A DNA stretch of 64,000 nt from Polyangiaceae bacterium (GCA_965222375.1 CBDCTZ010000013.1:256001-320000); one strand, 5' to 3'; shown: positions 1 to 11,204, counted from the first letter of the stretch. The notes: generated from the letters alone by a model not told the origin. Numbers and translations: made by a program.

Positions 1-352
1 CGTTGGCGAGAAGATCAAAACTGGCACGGAAATCAGCGCGAGCCCCAGCACGGACAGGGGCAAGGCACGCTCCAGCAACACCTTTCGGGTACGCATCCCG
101 GCCCCACCCTGCCACGCCGCAAGCAGCCCGGCCCAATCCGCCGCAAAACCGACCGCAAAACATCAATTATTTCATATAGATAGACATTGTGACCCGGGAC
201 CCCGAAGCGGTATGGAATCGGCCCGGCGTTTGGCTATCATGCGAGCCCCTTCGGCGCGGGGCCCCTGGAGTGACCGTTATTCGGGCAAATCCTCGAAAAA
301 CCGTCGTCGTTTCCGCGCAGACCATTCCATCAAGAAGAACCGAGCGAACACC

Positions 353-3300
353 ATGTCCATCGAGATACTTCGCGCCGAATTAGAGCGCCTCTTCGAACTC
401 GAAGAGCTACTGCAGATGTCCCGCAACGTGCTCGGTTTCGACCCGGAAGAAGTTGGGGGCACCGCGGCCAAGGGCTCGTTCGCGAAAGCGCTCACGGATC
501 ATTGCGCTGAGGTGGATGCAGTCGAGGCACTGTGCGACGCGATGCTGGCATCCAAGTCGGAAGTGAACCCCAAGATTGGGCAGATCCGAGTCAACGGGTT
601 GCCCTTTGACGAGGAACTCCGTAGCGGCGCAATCCTCGGCGACTTCACCATCGTGCGCAAGCTGGGCGAGGGGCGACTGGGGATTTCCTACCTTGCGCGG
701 CAAGGTGACGCCGACTTTCGCGTGAAGGTGTTGCGACGTGAAGCAACTCGAGACCTGCGTGGTCTACATCGGTTCCTTACCGTCAGCCGATTGGTGGGCA
801 CCATCGAACACGCCAGCTTACCGAAGCAGGCTCACGCGGGTGTAGTCGATGAACGCGTGGCCGTGAGCCACGCCTACGTGGACGGACAACCCTTGGCGGT
901 GCGCATCGCGCGAACCGGGCCGATGCACATCAACGAAGCCCGTCCCCTGCTCAAGGCCATGCTCGACGCCTTGGGTGCGATTCACGACCGGCGCCTGTCC
1001 CACGGCGACCTACGGCTCGAAAACGTGATCGTGTTCCGCAAGCCCGATGGCAGCCAGAACCTGGTGCTTCTGGACGCAGGTTCGGATCGCTTGCGGGCCC
1101 GGGCCAAGGTCAGCGCCAACGGCCAGAACGAGCTGTTTTCAACCGTCGGCTCGCCCAAAAGCGTTGCCCCGGAGCAGATCCGCGGCATGGCGTCATCACC
1201 GCAGAGCGACGTCTACTCCTTTGGCGCGCTCCTCTTCGAGATGCTGACCGGCAAGCCCTTGTTTGGCGACGGCACAGCCATCAAAGCCGCCATTGGCCAC
1301 CTCACGGAAGCGCCGCCAGCACCCAGCAGTGTCGCTCCCCGAGGCTGGGTCACGAAAGACATCGACGAGTGGGTTCAGACCATGCTGGACAAGGACCCGG
1401 AGAAGCGCCCGAAGGACGCAAAAGCGCTCCTCGAGGCTTTGGAAATCATGGGTCGCGCTTCGGTCCAGCGAAAGGAGAAGAAGATCTCCGACGCGGACTT
1501 GGAGTCCCGGATCCGCAACCTGATGGGGGATCCCGCAGACGACGACGCGGCGGTGGCCCTGGAAGCGGCAGTCGAAGAAGGCGCCGATGCAGCCAAGGTG
1601 GCCGAAGCCTTTTCGTCCGCGGCAGACACCCTCGACGTTGCCGAAGGCAAAGAAAAGCGGGAAGCGAGAAAGAGTCTGCTGTTCCGGGCGGCGCGCCTGT
1701 ACGAACACGCCGCCAAGGACGCGGACAAGGCCGAGCAAGCCTACGCACTGCTCGTGGAGCTCGATCCCAGTGACGAAATCGCTCTGACTGCGCTGGAGGA
1801 CGTACGCAAGCAGCTCGGCAAGTTCGAGGAGCTGGTCGAGATGCTGCTGACCCGCAGCGAGAAAGCCGAGAGCCATGGCGAGCGCGCACGTGCCTTTGCC
1901 GAGATTGGCCACCTGTACGTGTCCGAGCTGGATGACAAGGAGCAGGCCTTGGTGGCCTACACCCAGGCCTTCAGCGAGGACCCCCAGGAGAGCAGCTACG
2001 CCGATGAAATCGAGCGCTTGGCCGACACGCCGGAGACTTGGAACGAAGTACTCTCCACCTGCGCCGAGGCAACGCTGCAAGAGGATGTCGCCCAGGAGAG
2101 CAAGAACGCACTCTTCAACCGAATGGGACGCTGGTACGCCGATCGGGTCACGCGCCTGGATTTGGCGCTTCCTTGCTATCAAGCGGTAATTGGCACCGAC
2201 CCCGCCAACGACGAAGCCCTGGAGGGAATGACTCAGATCTACCGCAAGGCGCAGCAGTGGCCGGAACTGGTACTGGTTCTCACCCGACGCGCGGATGCGG
2301 CGCCGACGCCCGAGCGCGGCCGAGACTTCCGTTCCGAAGCCGCCGAGATCTTGGAAGTGCAGATGAGCGACGCGGGGCGCGCCCGGGATTTGTATCAGCA
2401 AGTCTTGGCGGAAGACCCGGGTCACGAGCGCGCGAGTGAGGCGCTGGCAAAGATCTACGAACGCAGCGGAGACTTCGCGGAGTACGTCAAGCTCCTCGAA
2501 CGACGCGCGGATGCATCCCGAGGCGACGACCGCTCCCGAGTCCTATGCCACCTGGCAGAAATCTACGAGACCCGCCTGAACGACGATGCGGAGGCTCTGC
2601 GTCGCTACGACTCGGTGCTCGCAATCGACGAGAACAACCTGGACGCCCTCCGCGGCGCGGACCGGGTGCTGGCAAAGATGGGACGCTTCCAGGACCTGGC
2701 GGTCAATCTGGAAAAACAGATCCAACTTGCCGCCACACCGCGACAGAAAATCACGCTTTGGGAGCGCGTCGCCGGGATCCAGGACGAGGAGTTCCTTAAC
2801 CACGAGCAGGCTGCCGCAGCTTGGGAAGCCATCCTGGAGATCGACTCGGCTCACGAGGGTGCACTAACGGCGTTGGTCCGCCACTACCGCGCTCTGGACC
2901 GCTGGGAAGACGTCGCGAACCTATACGAGCGGCAGATAAAGCTTTCCGCTGAGCCCGCTCACCAGATGGAGCTAACCCTCGCCCTGGGCCGCGTGCTCAT
3001 GGAGCAAATCGGCGCCTCGGACCGCGCCACCGTCGCTTACGAAAAGGCGCTCGAGATTGACCCGGAGCACGCGGGAGCTCTGGAGGCTCTCGCGCGATTG
3101 CGGGAAACCGCGGGCGACGCGGATGCGGCACTGTCCGCCATCGACGCTCTCGCTGACAAGGCGGGCACGCCCGAAGCCAAGGCGGAGCAGTATTTGCGGG
3201 CGGCCAAGCTGCTAGAAGGCCGCGGGGATCGGGATGGCGCCATCGAGCGCTACAAGCTGGCCTTGGACGCCAAACCCGGCGATGCCGGCGTGTCCTCGTC

Positions 3301-5677
3301 TCTACGCGGCGCCTACCTCGCCCGAGGCGACGTCAATGCCGCGATCAAATTGATCGAACACGAGCTGGACCGCACGGAAGGAGATCGCGCCAAGGGCAAA
3401 CTCGCCGGCGAACTCGCCTTGTTGCTGCGGGACGAGCTGAAGGATCCAAAAAAGTCGGAAGAGGCCGCCAAGCGCGCCATCTCCTACGATCCAACCAACA
3501 TTCGCGGATTGATGGTCCTCGGGGATCTCGCCTTCGAGGCGGGCCGACACCTGGAAGCCGCAAAGCACTTCGGCGCCTTGGCCGGGCGTGCGGAAAGCCT
3601 CGAGCAGAAAGATGCGGTGCGTGTGCTTGTCCGCTACGTGGACTCCCTGACGCAGACCGGCTCCACCGAGGCCGCTCTCGCGCCGATGGACACCCTGCTC
3701 CGGATCGCGCCTGAGGATGTGGAAGCGTTTGGACGCGTCGCGCAGGTCACCTTCGAGCATGGCTCACCTGCACGCGCCGTGGACCTGTACAAGGACTACC
3801 TCGAACGTTTCGGCAAGCTGCTCACCGCCAAAGACAAGGCGGTTGCGCTGGCCCGATACGGCGAGGCCCTGCGCAAGAGCGAGCGCTGGGATGAGGCCGA
3901 AAAAGCCCTGGAAGAGGCCATCGATCAAGACCCATCGGCCACGCTGCCTTTGGAATCCCTGGCGGGGGTTCGCGCCGGCAAGGGCGACTGGGAAGGCGCC
4001 ATCAAGATCAAAACGCGCCACCTGGACATTGCGGAGGGCGACAAACGAGCGGACCTGTTGCTCGAAATCGGCGACATCGCGTCGGAGCAACTCAAGGACA
4101 AGACCCGCGCCACCAAGAGCTACGTCGCTGCCCTGGAAGAGAAACCTGAAGATCGCCGGCTGCTGACTAAGCTGATGCAACTGTACAGCGAGGAAAAAGA
4201 CTGGAGCAAACTGGTGGACGTCGTCCTGCGGCTCGCGGATTTCGTCGAGGAGCCCAAGCAGCGGGCGAAGTACCTGCAGACTGCTGCCATCGTGTGCGCT
4301 CGCCAGATGGGCGACGTGGACCGCGCTCTGGAGTTCTACGCTCGAGTCTTGGAACTCGATCCCAAGGCCGACAAGGCTCTCGGCGAAGCCATCGAGCTAC
4401 GCAAGGACAAAGGCGACCACCGGGGCGTGGAGAAGCTCCTGCAGCGCAAGCTCGAAGCGGCCACCGCGGCAAAGGACAAGAAGGTCATGTTGGAGACCTT
4501 CATCGAGTTGGCTGAACTCTACGAAAAGCACCTCAATTGGCCGGACCGCGCCATCGACGCCCTGGAAGCCGTGCAGACCCTGGAGCCCGAAAACCGGGCA
4601 CGCGCGGAGCACCTGGGTGAACTCTACGCTCGCAACCCGGAGAAGTACCTGGACAAGGCCGTCACAGCGCAGCAGGCGCTGATGCGACAGAATCCGTATC
4701 GGCCGGAATCCTACAAGCTGTTGCGGAAGCTTTACACGGAAGTGAAGCGCGCCGACGCCGCCTGGAACTTGTGTCAGGCGCTGTGCGTGCTCAACCTGGC
4801 CGAGCCCGACGAAGAGCGCTTCTACAAGCGCATGCGCGCCGAATCCGCGGCACCCGCCGCAGAGGCGCTTTCGGACGAAGACTGGATCACGCTTTTGATG
4901 CACCCCGGGGCCGACCCGCTGCTGACCAGCGTGTTCGCGTTGATCGAGCCAGCAATATTGGCGGCGCGAGGGCAGGCTTTCGAGCAGCTGGGCTACGACC
5001 CACGCTACGCGATCGACCTGACGCGGCACCCCTACCCCATGAGCCAAACCCTGTATTACTCCGCAGGCGTGTTCGGCATGGAGCCGCCCCCCACGTTCCA
5101 GAATACGAACGACCCCGGCGGGCTTTCCTTCTTGCACTCCTATCGCCCCGGGTTGGTCTTGGGCATGGCGGCGTTGGCGGCAGACGTACCGCCTCAGGCA
5201 GCCGCTTTCATCGCCGGCCGGCACCTCTCGTACTACCGCCCGGGACTGTATGTGCGTCAGATCGTGCCTAGCGGCACCGGTCTGAAATCCTGGCTATTCG
5301 CAGCGATCAAGATGATCGCTCCGCAATTCCCGATCGCCGCAGAGCTCGAAGGGCCCGTGAACGAAGCCTACGCCGCCCTCGAAGCCAACCTGCAGGGCGC
5401 GGGTCGCGATCAGCTCGCACGGATCGTGAGCAAGTTGCTGCAGTCCGGCGCCGCCCTGGATCTGAAGCGTTGGATGGCGGGCGTAGACCTCACGGCGGAC
5501 CGCGCAGGCTTCGTCCTCGCCCACGATTTGGAAACTGCGGCCGAGATCATCAAGGCATCCGACGAGGCCTCGAGCGTCGTGGGCGGGCAAGAGCGGCTGA
5601 AGGAGCTCGTACTCTTCGGCGTCAGTGAGCCCTACTTCCAGATTCGTCAGAAGCTCAAGATCGCCGTCGATTCCTGA
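353..5677 (+). CDS. Ser/Thr protein kinase-like (possibly pseudokinase) domain fused to long TPR array
   Basis: ORF 212..5677, likely start ATG 353 (MSIEILRAELE). Kinase motifs LGEGRLG, VKVL, HGDLRLEN, DAG, APEQ, SDVYSFGALLFEMLTG, then >1,200 aa of TPR-like helical repeats (e.g. ALEIDPEHAGALEALARL). Confidence 0.88.
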   Translation: MSIEILRAELERLFELEELLQMSRNVLGFDPEEVGGTAAKGSFAKALTDHCAEVDAVEALCDAMLASKSEVNPKIGQIRVNGLPFDEELRSGAILGDFTIVRKLGEGRLGISYLARQGDADFRVKVLRREATRDLRGLHRFLTVSRLVGTIEHASLPKQAHAGVVDERVAVSHAYVDGQPLAVRIARTGPMHINEARPLLKAMLDALGAIHDRRLSHGDLRLENVIVFRKPDGSQNLVLLDAGSDRLRARAKVSANGQNELFSTVGSPKSVAPEQIRGMASSPQSDVYSFGALLFEMLTGKPLFGDGTAIKAAIGHLTEAPPAPSSVAPRGWVTKDIDEWVQTMLDKDPEKRPKDAKALLEALEIMGRASVQRKEKKISDADLESRIRNLMGDPADDDAAVALEAAVEEGADAAKVAEAFSSAADTLDVAEGKEKREARKSLLFRAARLYEHAAKDADKAEQAYALLVELDPSDEIALTALEDVRKQLGKFEELVEMLLTRSEKAESHGERARAFAEIGHLYVSELDDKEQALVAYTQAFSEDPQESSYADEIERLADTPETWNEVLSTCAEATLQEDVAQESKNALFNRMGRWYADRVTRLDLALPCYQAVIGTDPANDEALEGMTQIYRKAQQWPELVLVLTRRADAAPTPERGRDFRSEAAEILEVQMSDAGRARDLYQQVLAEDPGHERASEALAKIYERSGDFAEYVKLLERRADASRGDDRSRVLCHLAEIYETRLNDDAEALRRYDSVLAIDENNLDALRGADRVLAKMGRFQDLAVNLEKQIQLAATPRQKITLWERVAGIQDEEFLNHEQAAAAWEAILEIDSAHEGALTALVRHYRALDRWEDVANLYERQIKLSAEPAHQMELTLALGRVLMEQIGASDRATVAYEKALEIDPEHAGALEALARLRETAGDADAALSAIDALADKAGTPEAKAEQYLRAAKLLEGRGDRDGAIERYKLALDAKPGDAGVSSSLRGAYLARGDVNAAIKLIEHELDRTEGDRAKGKLAGELALLLRDELKDPKKSEEAAKRAISYDPTNIRGLMVLGDLAFEAGRHLEAAKHFGALAGRAESLEQKDAVRVLVRYVDSLTQTGSTEAALAPMDTLLRIAPEDVEAFGRVAQVTFEHGSPARAVDLYKDYLERFGKLLTAKDKAVALARYGEALRKSERWDEAEKALEEAIDQDPSATLPLESLAGVRAGKGDWEGAIKIKTRHLDIAEGDKRADLLLEIGDIASEQLKDKTRATKSYVAALEEKPEDRRLLTKLMQLYSEEKDWSKLVDVVLRLADFVEEPKQRAKYLQTAAIVCARQMGDVDRALEFYARVLELDPKADKALGEAIELRKDKGDHRGVEKLLQRKLEAATAAKDKKVMLETFIELAELYEKHLNWPDRAIDALEAVQTLEPENRARAEHLGELYARNPEKYLDKAVTAQQALMRQNPYRPESYKLLRKLYTEVKRADAAWNLCQALCVLNLAEPDEERFYKRMRAESAAPAAEALSDEDWITLLMHPGADPLLTSVFALIEPAILAARGQAFEQLGYDPRYAIDLTRHPYPMSQTLYYSAGVFGMEPPPTFQNTNDPGGLSFLHSYRPGLVLGMAALAADVPPQAAAFIAGRHLSYYRPGLYVRQIVPSGTGLKSWLFAAIKMIAPQFPIAAELEGPVNEAYAALEANLQGAGRDQLARIVSKLLQSGAALDLKRWMAGVDLTADRAGFVLAHDLETAAEIIKASDEASSVVGGQERLKELVLFGVSEPYFQIRQKLKIAVDS

Positions 5678-5833
5678 GCGCCGTCGGGCTTGTCCACGAG
5701 GCGCACTGAGCGCCAGCCGCCCTCAAGATCGCAACCCCACCAGGATGGCAGCCCAGCGACATCTGCTGCCTCGACCACCTGGAGGCGCAGGTGCTTCCCG
5801 TAGAAGGCACCGGCACGGACTTCGTGACCCGGG

Positions 5834-7411
5834 CTACTTCTTCACCAGCGTCAGCACCCAGCGCCCGTAAAGGTAGATGAATAGGGCGCTCAGAACGCCC
5901 ACGAACGCGAAAATCAGCCACGCTGTTTCGATATTATGGGCGTCGTGGAGCGTGCGGGTCAACGCTTCCGGGGTTTCTTTGGTGTAGTCCACGAGTGCTT
6001 TGAAGGCTTCACGCTTGGGCACCTTGTCGACCTCGGCTTGGGGCATGCCGCGCTCGAGCAGCATCTCGCGCGCAAACTTCTCTTTGGAGCCGAAGTAGCC
6101 ATACAAGGACGCGCCGAGCTTGCCCTCCAAGGTCCAACCGATGGCCAAGGGGATCTGCGAAAAGCCAAGGTACATGGCCTTTTTGTCCGCGGGCGCGAAG
6201 TTGCCGATGAACTCCGATGACTTCGGGCTGGCCAGCATCTCCCCGATGCTGAACACCACGATGGATGCCGCGGCAAAGATCCCAAGCGTCGTGTAGCCAG
6301 CCAGCACCAGCGCGGTGCTCGAAAGCATCGTGCCCACGACCATGCTCGTGGTCGCGCGCATGCGGCCACTGACCCACGCAAAGAAGAAGCAGGTGATCAT
6401 GATCAGACCCGCATTGAGGTTCACCATGCCCTCGGGCTTGATCGCCGTGCCGGTCTCGTTCATGCCGAGGAAGAACTTGGCAGCTCCGCTGGTCGTGCCA
6501 TCCGCACCGAACAGGGTCGTCACGAGGGACTGAGTATCGACCCAGTCACGAATGTGCAGCGGCAGCACATCGAACAGGGCGTTGAACATGAACCAGAAGC
6601 CGGAAAGGATGGCCAGATACAGCCAAACGTGCGTCTTTTTCAGCTCCTGAAGCGACTCCTTCCACAAGCTCTCTTGCCGGACTTTGCCGGCTTTGATCAG
6701 CTTGGCTCGCTCCAGCCGAACATCCTTCTTGGGCTCCTTGTAGGTGAGCAGGAGCAGGAAGTTTAGGCAGATGATGCCTGAGCACACGTAGAACACCATG
6801 TGCCAGCCCCAGCGCTCGCGGAAGTACGCAGCCACCAGCGGGCCCAACCAGCCACCGATGTTGACGGTTTGATAGAACACGCCCCAGGCCATGGAGCTGT
6901 TGTCACGGCGGGTTGCGTTGACGAGGGTGCCCTGGATGCCGGGCTTGAAGATGGCCGTGCCCGTCGCGAGCACCATCGCGCCCAGGAAAAACCCCAGGTG
7001 CGTGCCGTACAGCGCCATGATCAGATAGCCGGCGATCTTGAGCACCGTCGATAAGAAAATGGTCTCCTTGTAGCCGTAGCGGTCGGACAAGCCCCCGGTG
7101 AACACTGGCAGCAGCGACTGAACCAGCGCCCAAGCCATGAAGATGGTGCCCAATGCGTCTTCGTCGATGCCCAAACCACCTTCGGAGCGCGGCGCGGTGG
7201 CGTACAGCCCCGAGACCGCGCGCACACCGTAGTAGGCGCAACGCTCGACGAGCTCCATGCCGCCAACGACCCAGAACACATATCCAAGAGTGGCGATGGA
7301 CGCCCACAGCCCGAGCTGTTTGACGTCCGCCAGCCCGTTGATGTCCTCATCACCCGCTGCGTCTTGCTCAGGTCGTTCCGCTGTGTTCTCGCCCTCTTCC
7401 ACGTCTGCCAC
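5834..7411 (-). CDS. MFS transporter (POT/PTR-like peptide transporter)
   Basis: ELVERCAYYG motif, GGLSDRYG, FYQTVNIGG, GEMLASP; multiple hydrophobic helices. Confidence 0.85.
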   Translation of the reverse strand: MADVEEGENTAERPEQDAAGDEDINGLADVKQLGLWASIATLGYVFWVVGGMELVERCAYYGVRAVSGLYATAPRSEGGLGIDEDALGTIFMAWALVQSLLPVFTGGLSDRYGYKETIFLSTVLKIAGYLIMALYGTHLGFFLGAMVLATGTAIFKPGIQGTLVNATRRDNSSMAWGVFYQTVNIGGWLGPLVAAYFRERWGWHMVFYVCSGIICLNFLLLLTYKEPKKDVRLERAKLIKAGKVRQESLWKESLQELKKTHVWLYLAILSGFWFMFNALFDVLPLHIRDWVDTQSLVTTLFGADGTTSGAAKFFLGMNETGTAIKPEGMVNLNAGLIMITCFFFAWVSGRMRATTSMVVGTMLSSTALVLAGYTTLGIFAAASIVVFSIGEMLASPKSSEFIGNFAPADKKAMYLGFSQIPLAIGWTLEGKLGASLYGYFGSKEKFAREMLLERGMPQAEVDKVPKREAFKALVDYTKETPEALTRTLHDAHNIETAWLIFAFVGVLSALFIYLYGRWVLTLVKK

Positions 7412-7478
7412 TCGTCATCCTCCTGCCGCCCCGGGGGCGGCGCGGCAGCCTAGGCTCGTGATCTAGCGTTGCCAAGGG

Positions 7479-7494
7479 CGGCACGACGGCAGCA
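7479..7494 (+). promoter_or_regulatory. possible sigma54 -24/-12 promoter for POT transporter
   Basis: CGGCACGACGGCAGCA: GG-N10-GC spacing correct, but lacks TT before GC. Confidence 0.3.
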
Positions 7495-7625
7495 AATCCG
7501 GCGTCCAAAGCCCATACCGCGTCCCGAAAGGGACGTTCATCTCGGGCTCCCAGGGCCAACGCGCAAAAGCCCGCAAATCCAGGCTTCCAATCCCGGCGCC
7601 AGCGCTGATACACCCGCGGTCACCG

Positions 7626-9137
<1,512 letters not shown>

Positions 9138-9358
9138 GGGTGGGGGTGCCCCCCCTCCGTCTCGGCGACGCCCGTCGCGAACGAAACAACGACATCGCGA
9201 ACGCAACGTTGGCGCCACCTCGCCGGTCCCCACCCTTAGCCATGCTCGCGGCGCCTGCGCGCGCGAATGCGCTTTGTGCAACTCCATACACCGCGCGGCA
9301 GCCGCCGCTGCGCGTGGCTGGGCGGGACCTGGGCGTCGGGTTGCGTCTTTGATTTCGA

Positions 9359-9465
9359 ACCGCGTTGCTTTGGGCGGTGCGCGGGCGTTGGGACGGAGTT
9401 TGAACGACCGCGTTGCTTTGGGCGGTGCGCGGGCGTTGGGACGGAGTTTGAACGACCGCGCTGCT
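9359..9465. repeat. 48-bp tandem repeat (2 copies plus partial third)
   Basis: ACCGCGTTGCTTTGGGCGGTGCGCGGGCGTTGGGACGGAGTTTGAACG at 9359 and 9407, ACCGCG(C)TGCT restarts at 9455. Confidence 0.9.
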
Positions 9466-9592
9466 GTGTGCGACGCGATGCGTTTTGCGGTTGATGGCTG
9501 CCTCCGCTGCTGTTGGTGCCGCTCAGCATTGACCTGCGCAGCGGTGTCGTTGAGTATTTCGCCAAGAACCCCTGATGACGGCCTTCTAGATC

Positions 9593-9985
9593 ATGGTTGC
9601 CGAGTTTTTCGGCGGCGTCGGCCAGCTCATTACTGAGCAGAAGTCGCTCAGCAAGGCTATCGCTCTGCACAAGGAACTCCAGAGCGAGCTTGCCGAACCC
9701 ATCAAGGACGTGCACGCACGCATCGCGCGGGTCACCAACATCCGGGCTCGAATCGAAGAAGCCGAGCAGGCGCTGGCTCGACTTCCTGCCCTGCCGGCGG
9801 CTGACGAGACCGATGTCATCAAACTCCTGCGTTTCGAGCACGAGACAGCTCGAATCAATACCGAAGCGGAGCAACTCAGAGAGATTGTGCGCATCACCGG
9901 AGCCAGGCTCGCCCGTGCCGAGCAGCTCGAAGCCGATCGCCACCGTGCTAGAAATCAGCGCAAGAGGCGGCGCAAGAAACGCTAA
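9593..9985 (+). CDS. hypothetical coiled-coil protein with basic C-terminal tail (possibly a fragment)
   Basis: 130-aa ORF, helical E/A/R-rich composition, ends RNQRKRRRKKR; no obvious RBS. Confidence 0.45.
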   Translation: MVAEFFGGVGQLITEQKSLSKAIALHKELQSELAEPIKDVHARIARVTNIRARIEEAEQALARLPALPAADETDVIKLLRFEHETARINTEAEQLREIVRITGARLARAEQLEADRHRARNQRKRRRKKR

Positions 9986-10151
9986 CCGCCCTGCGTCAGC
10001 CGCTGCGAGCTGCAGTTGCCACTCCGCATCTTCTGCCTCGCCTCGTCGAGTGAGGCTCTCGTAGCTCGCATCGCTCCGCCGACCCCCCGAGGGCGATGGC
10101 TGTCGTCCTGCCCACCACAGCGGCCGGGCCTCGCCGGGAGCGCGCGCGCTC

Positions 10152-10300
10152 TCCCCCGTCGGGAATTCCCCAGGGTCGCGCGCCACGCCCCGACTTGTTG
10201 GCGGATCAGGTTGGAGTTGATTGATGATGTCTCGGCGAGTGCGCTCCCTTGGGCGTGTCACGGATCCCGTCCCCCGTCGGGGATTCCCCAGGGTCGCGCG
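10152..10300. repeat. pair of ~31-bp direct repeats with internal palindromes
   Basis: TCCCCCGTCGGGAATTCCCCAGGGTCGCGCG (10152) and TCCCCCGTCGGGGATTCCCCAGGGTCGCGCG (10270), one mismatch. Confidence 0.85.
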
Positions 10301-10345
10301 ATGGGTGGGCAAGGCCCAGCCGCTCCGGCGGGCCGGGAGGTACTC

Positions 10346-10474
10346 ATGCATCGCACGTCTCGCCCTTGTCCCCGCATCGCTCGCTTCGCTCACGAGCGCC
10401 GTCAGCATCCGACGTTTTCGGAAGCCAAGTTGTGGTCTCACGTGCTTCGGCTCGACGCCGAGCTAGTCGTCCGT
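10346..10474 (+). pseudogene. internally deleted DUF559/Vsr-like endonuclease remnant
   Basis: GGAGGT SD then ATG; MHRTSRPCPRIARFAHERRQHPTFSEAKLWSH resembles DUF559 N-terminus (ARxLRxxxTxAExxLW) joined directly to C-terminal-like VLRLDAELVVR; catalytic middle absent. Confidence 0.5.
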
Positions 10475-10786
10475 GGTCCAATCCAGAAAGGCATCATTCT
10501 CAAGGTAGTAGACAAGAGCCTGGAGCATTTCGTTCTCGGAGGGCCTCTTGCCCTGGAGGTGAGCGTTTTCCCGGATCGAACGGATGTCATCCATTCCAAG
10601 ACCCTCCTCGAAGTTCAGGTCCGCAGCTTCTCGGGGAATGTCCTGGTCAGGGACCGCATCATCCGGGTCCAACACAACACACTCCGTGTTCAACGTGGGT
10701 GTTCCCAGTGGAAGATACACAACATGATTCCAAGGGAGGTTCCCGAGCTCTCTGAAGACGTCACGGAGTCGTCGTTTCTGTGTCAT
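10463..10786 (-). CDS. small acidic protein, candidate immunity protein of the upstream nuclease
   Basis: 107 aa MTQKRRLRDVF...LVYYLENDAFLDW; ATG overlaps upstream TGA (ATGA); SD-like GAGGT upstream. Confidence 0.7.
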   Translation of the reverse strand: MTQKRRLRDVFRELGNLPWNHVVYLPLGTPTLNTECVVLDPDDAVPDQDIPREAADLNFEEGLGMDDIRSIRENAHLQGKRPSENEMLQALVYYLENDAFLDWTTDD

Positions 10787-11196
10787 CGTCCCCACCTCTC
10801 CGTTCCTCCTTGTCCGCCAGGATGAAGCGTGCCCTGGACTACGCCCGGAGCAGTATGGTGGGCTCGGGGAACAAGCTGTGTGACGCCCTCGTCCGCTGCA
10901 TGATGCCACGTGACGTCCGGTGTTGGAGCGCGTCGGGAGAACGCCCCTCTGGCACCCGCAACCTCCGAGGCCGCACCCAGCTTCTTCGCGCGCTTCGGAA
11001 AGTTGAGTTCACGCGGGATCCGAAGGAACAAAACTAGCCGGTCGTGGGCCAGCGCAGCGCTCTGCTCCCTGAGCCAAGTCCCAGCGATGAAGGTTCGCCC
11101 GCCAAACTTGAATGTGGCCCGAAAGTTACCACTCCGGTAGCCGGAACGGACGGCTCGAACGCCGTTGTAGCGTGAGGTTCTTCGCCTAGCTGCCAC
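10783..11196 (-). CDS. AP2 domain fused to WHH-type HNH/EndoVII nuclease tail
   Basis: GTG 11196; N-half SRYNGV...AGTW...AALAHDRL...LNFP is a near copy of domain 1 of the neighbouring gene; C-half TWHH..GVTQLVPRAHH..LHPGGQGG..WG matches WHH toxin nucleases. Confidence 0.7.
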   Translation of the reverse strand: MAARRRTSRYNGVRAVRSGYRSGNFRATFKFGGRTFIAGTWLREQSAALAHDRLVLFLRIPRELNFPKRAKKLGAASEVAGARGAFSRRAPTPDVTWHHAADEGVTQLVPRAHHTAPGVVQGTLHPGGQGGTERWGR

Positions 11197-11204
11197 GGGC
11201 GGCG

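Noticed and set aside
21..38. TGGCACGGAAATCAGC as a sigma54 promoter
   Set aside because: GG to GC spacing is 11 rather than 10 nt
212..352. N-terminal extension of the kinase-TPR ORF
   Set aside because: Low-complexity Arg/Ser-rich sequence; ATG 353 gives a more protein-like start
9236..10441. 401-aa minus-strand ORF
   Set aside because: Runs through repeats and antisense to other ORFs; no recognisable domain; typical GC-rich shadow ORF
10475..10825. Continuation of the plus-strand DUF559-like ORF
   Set aside because: Antisense to the better supported toxin-tail/immunity genes
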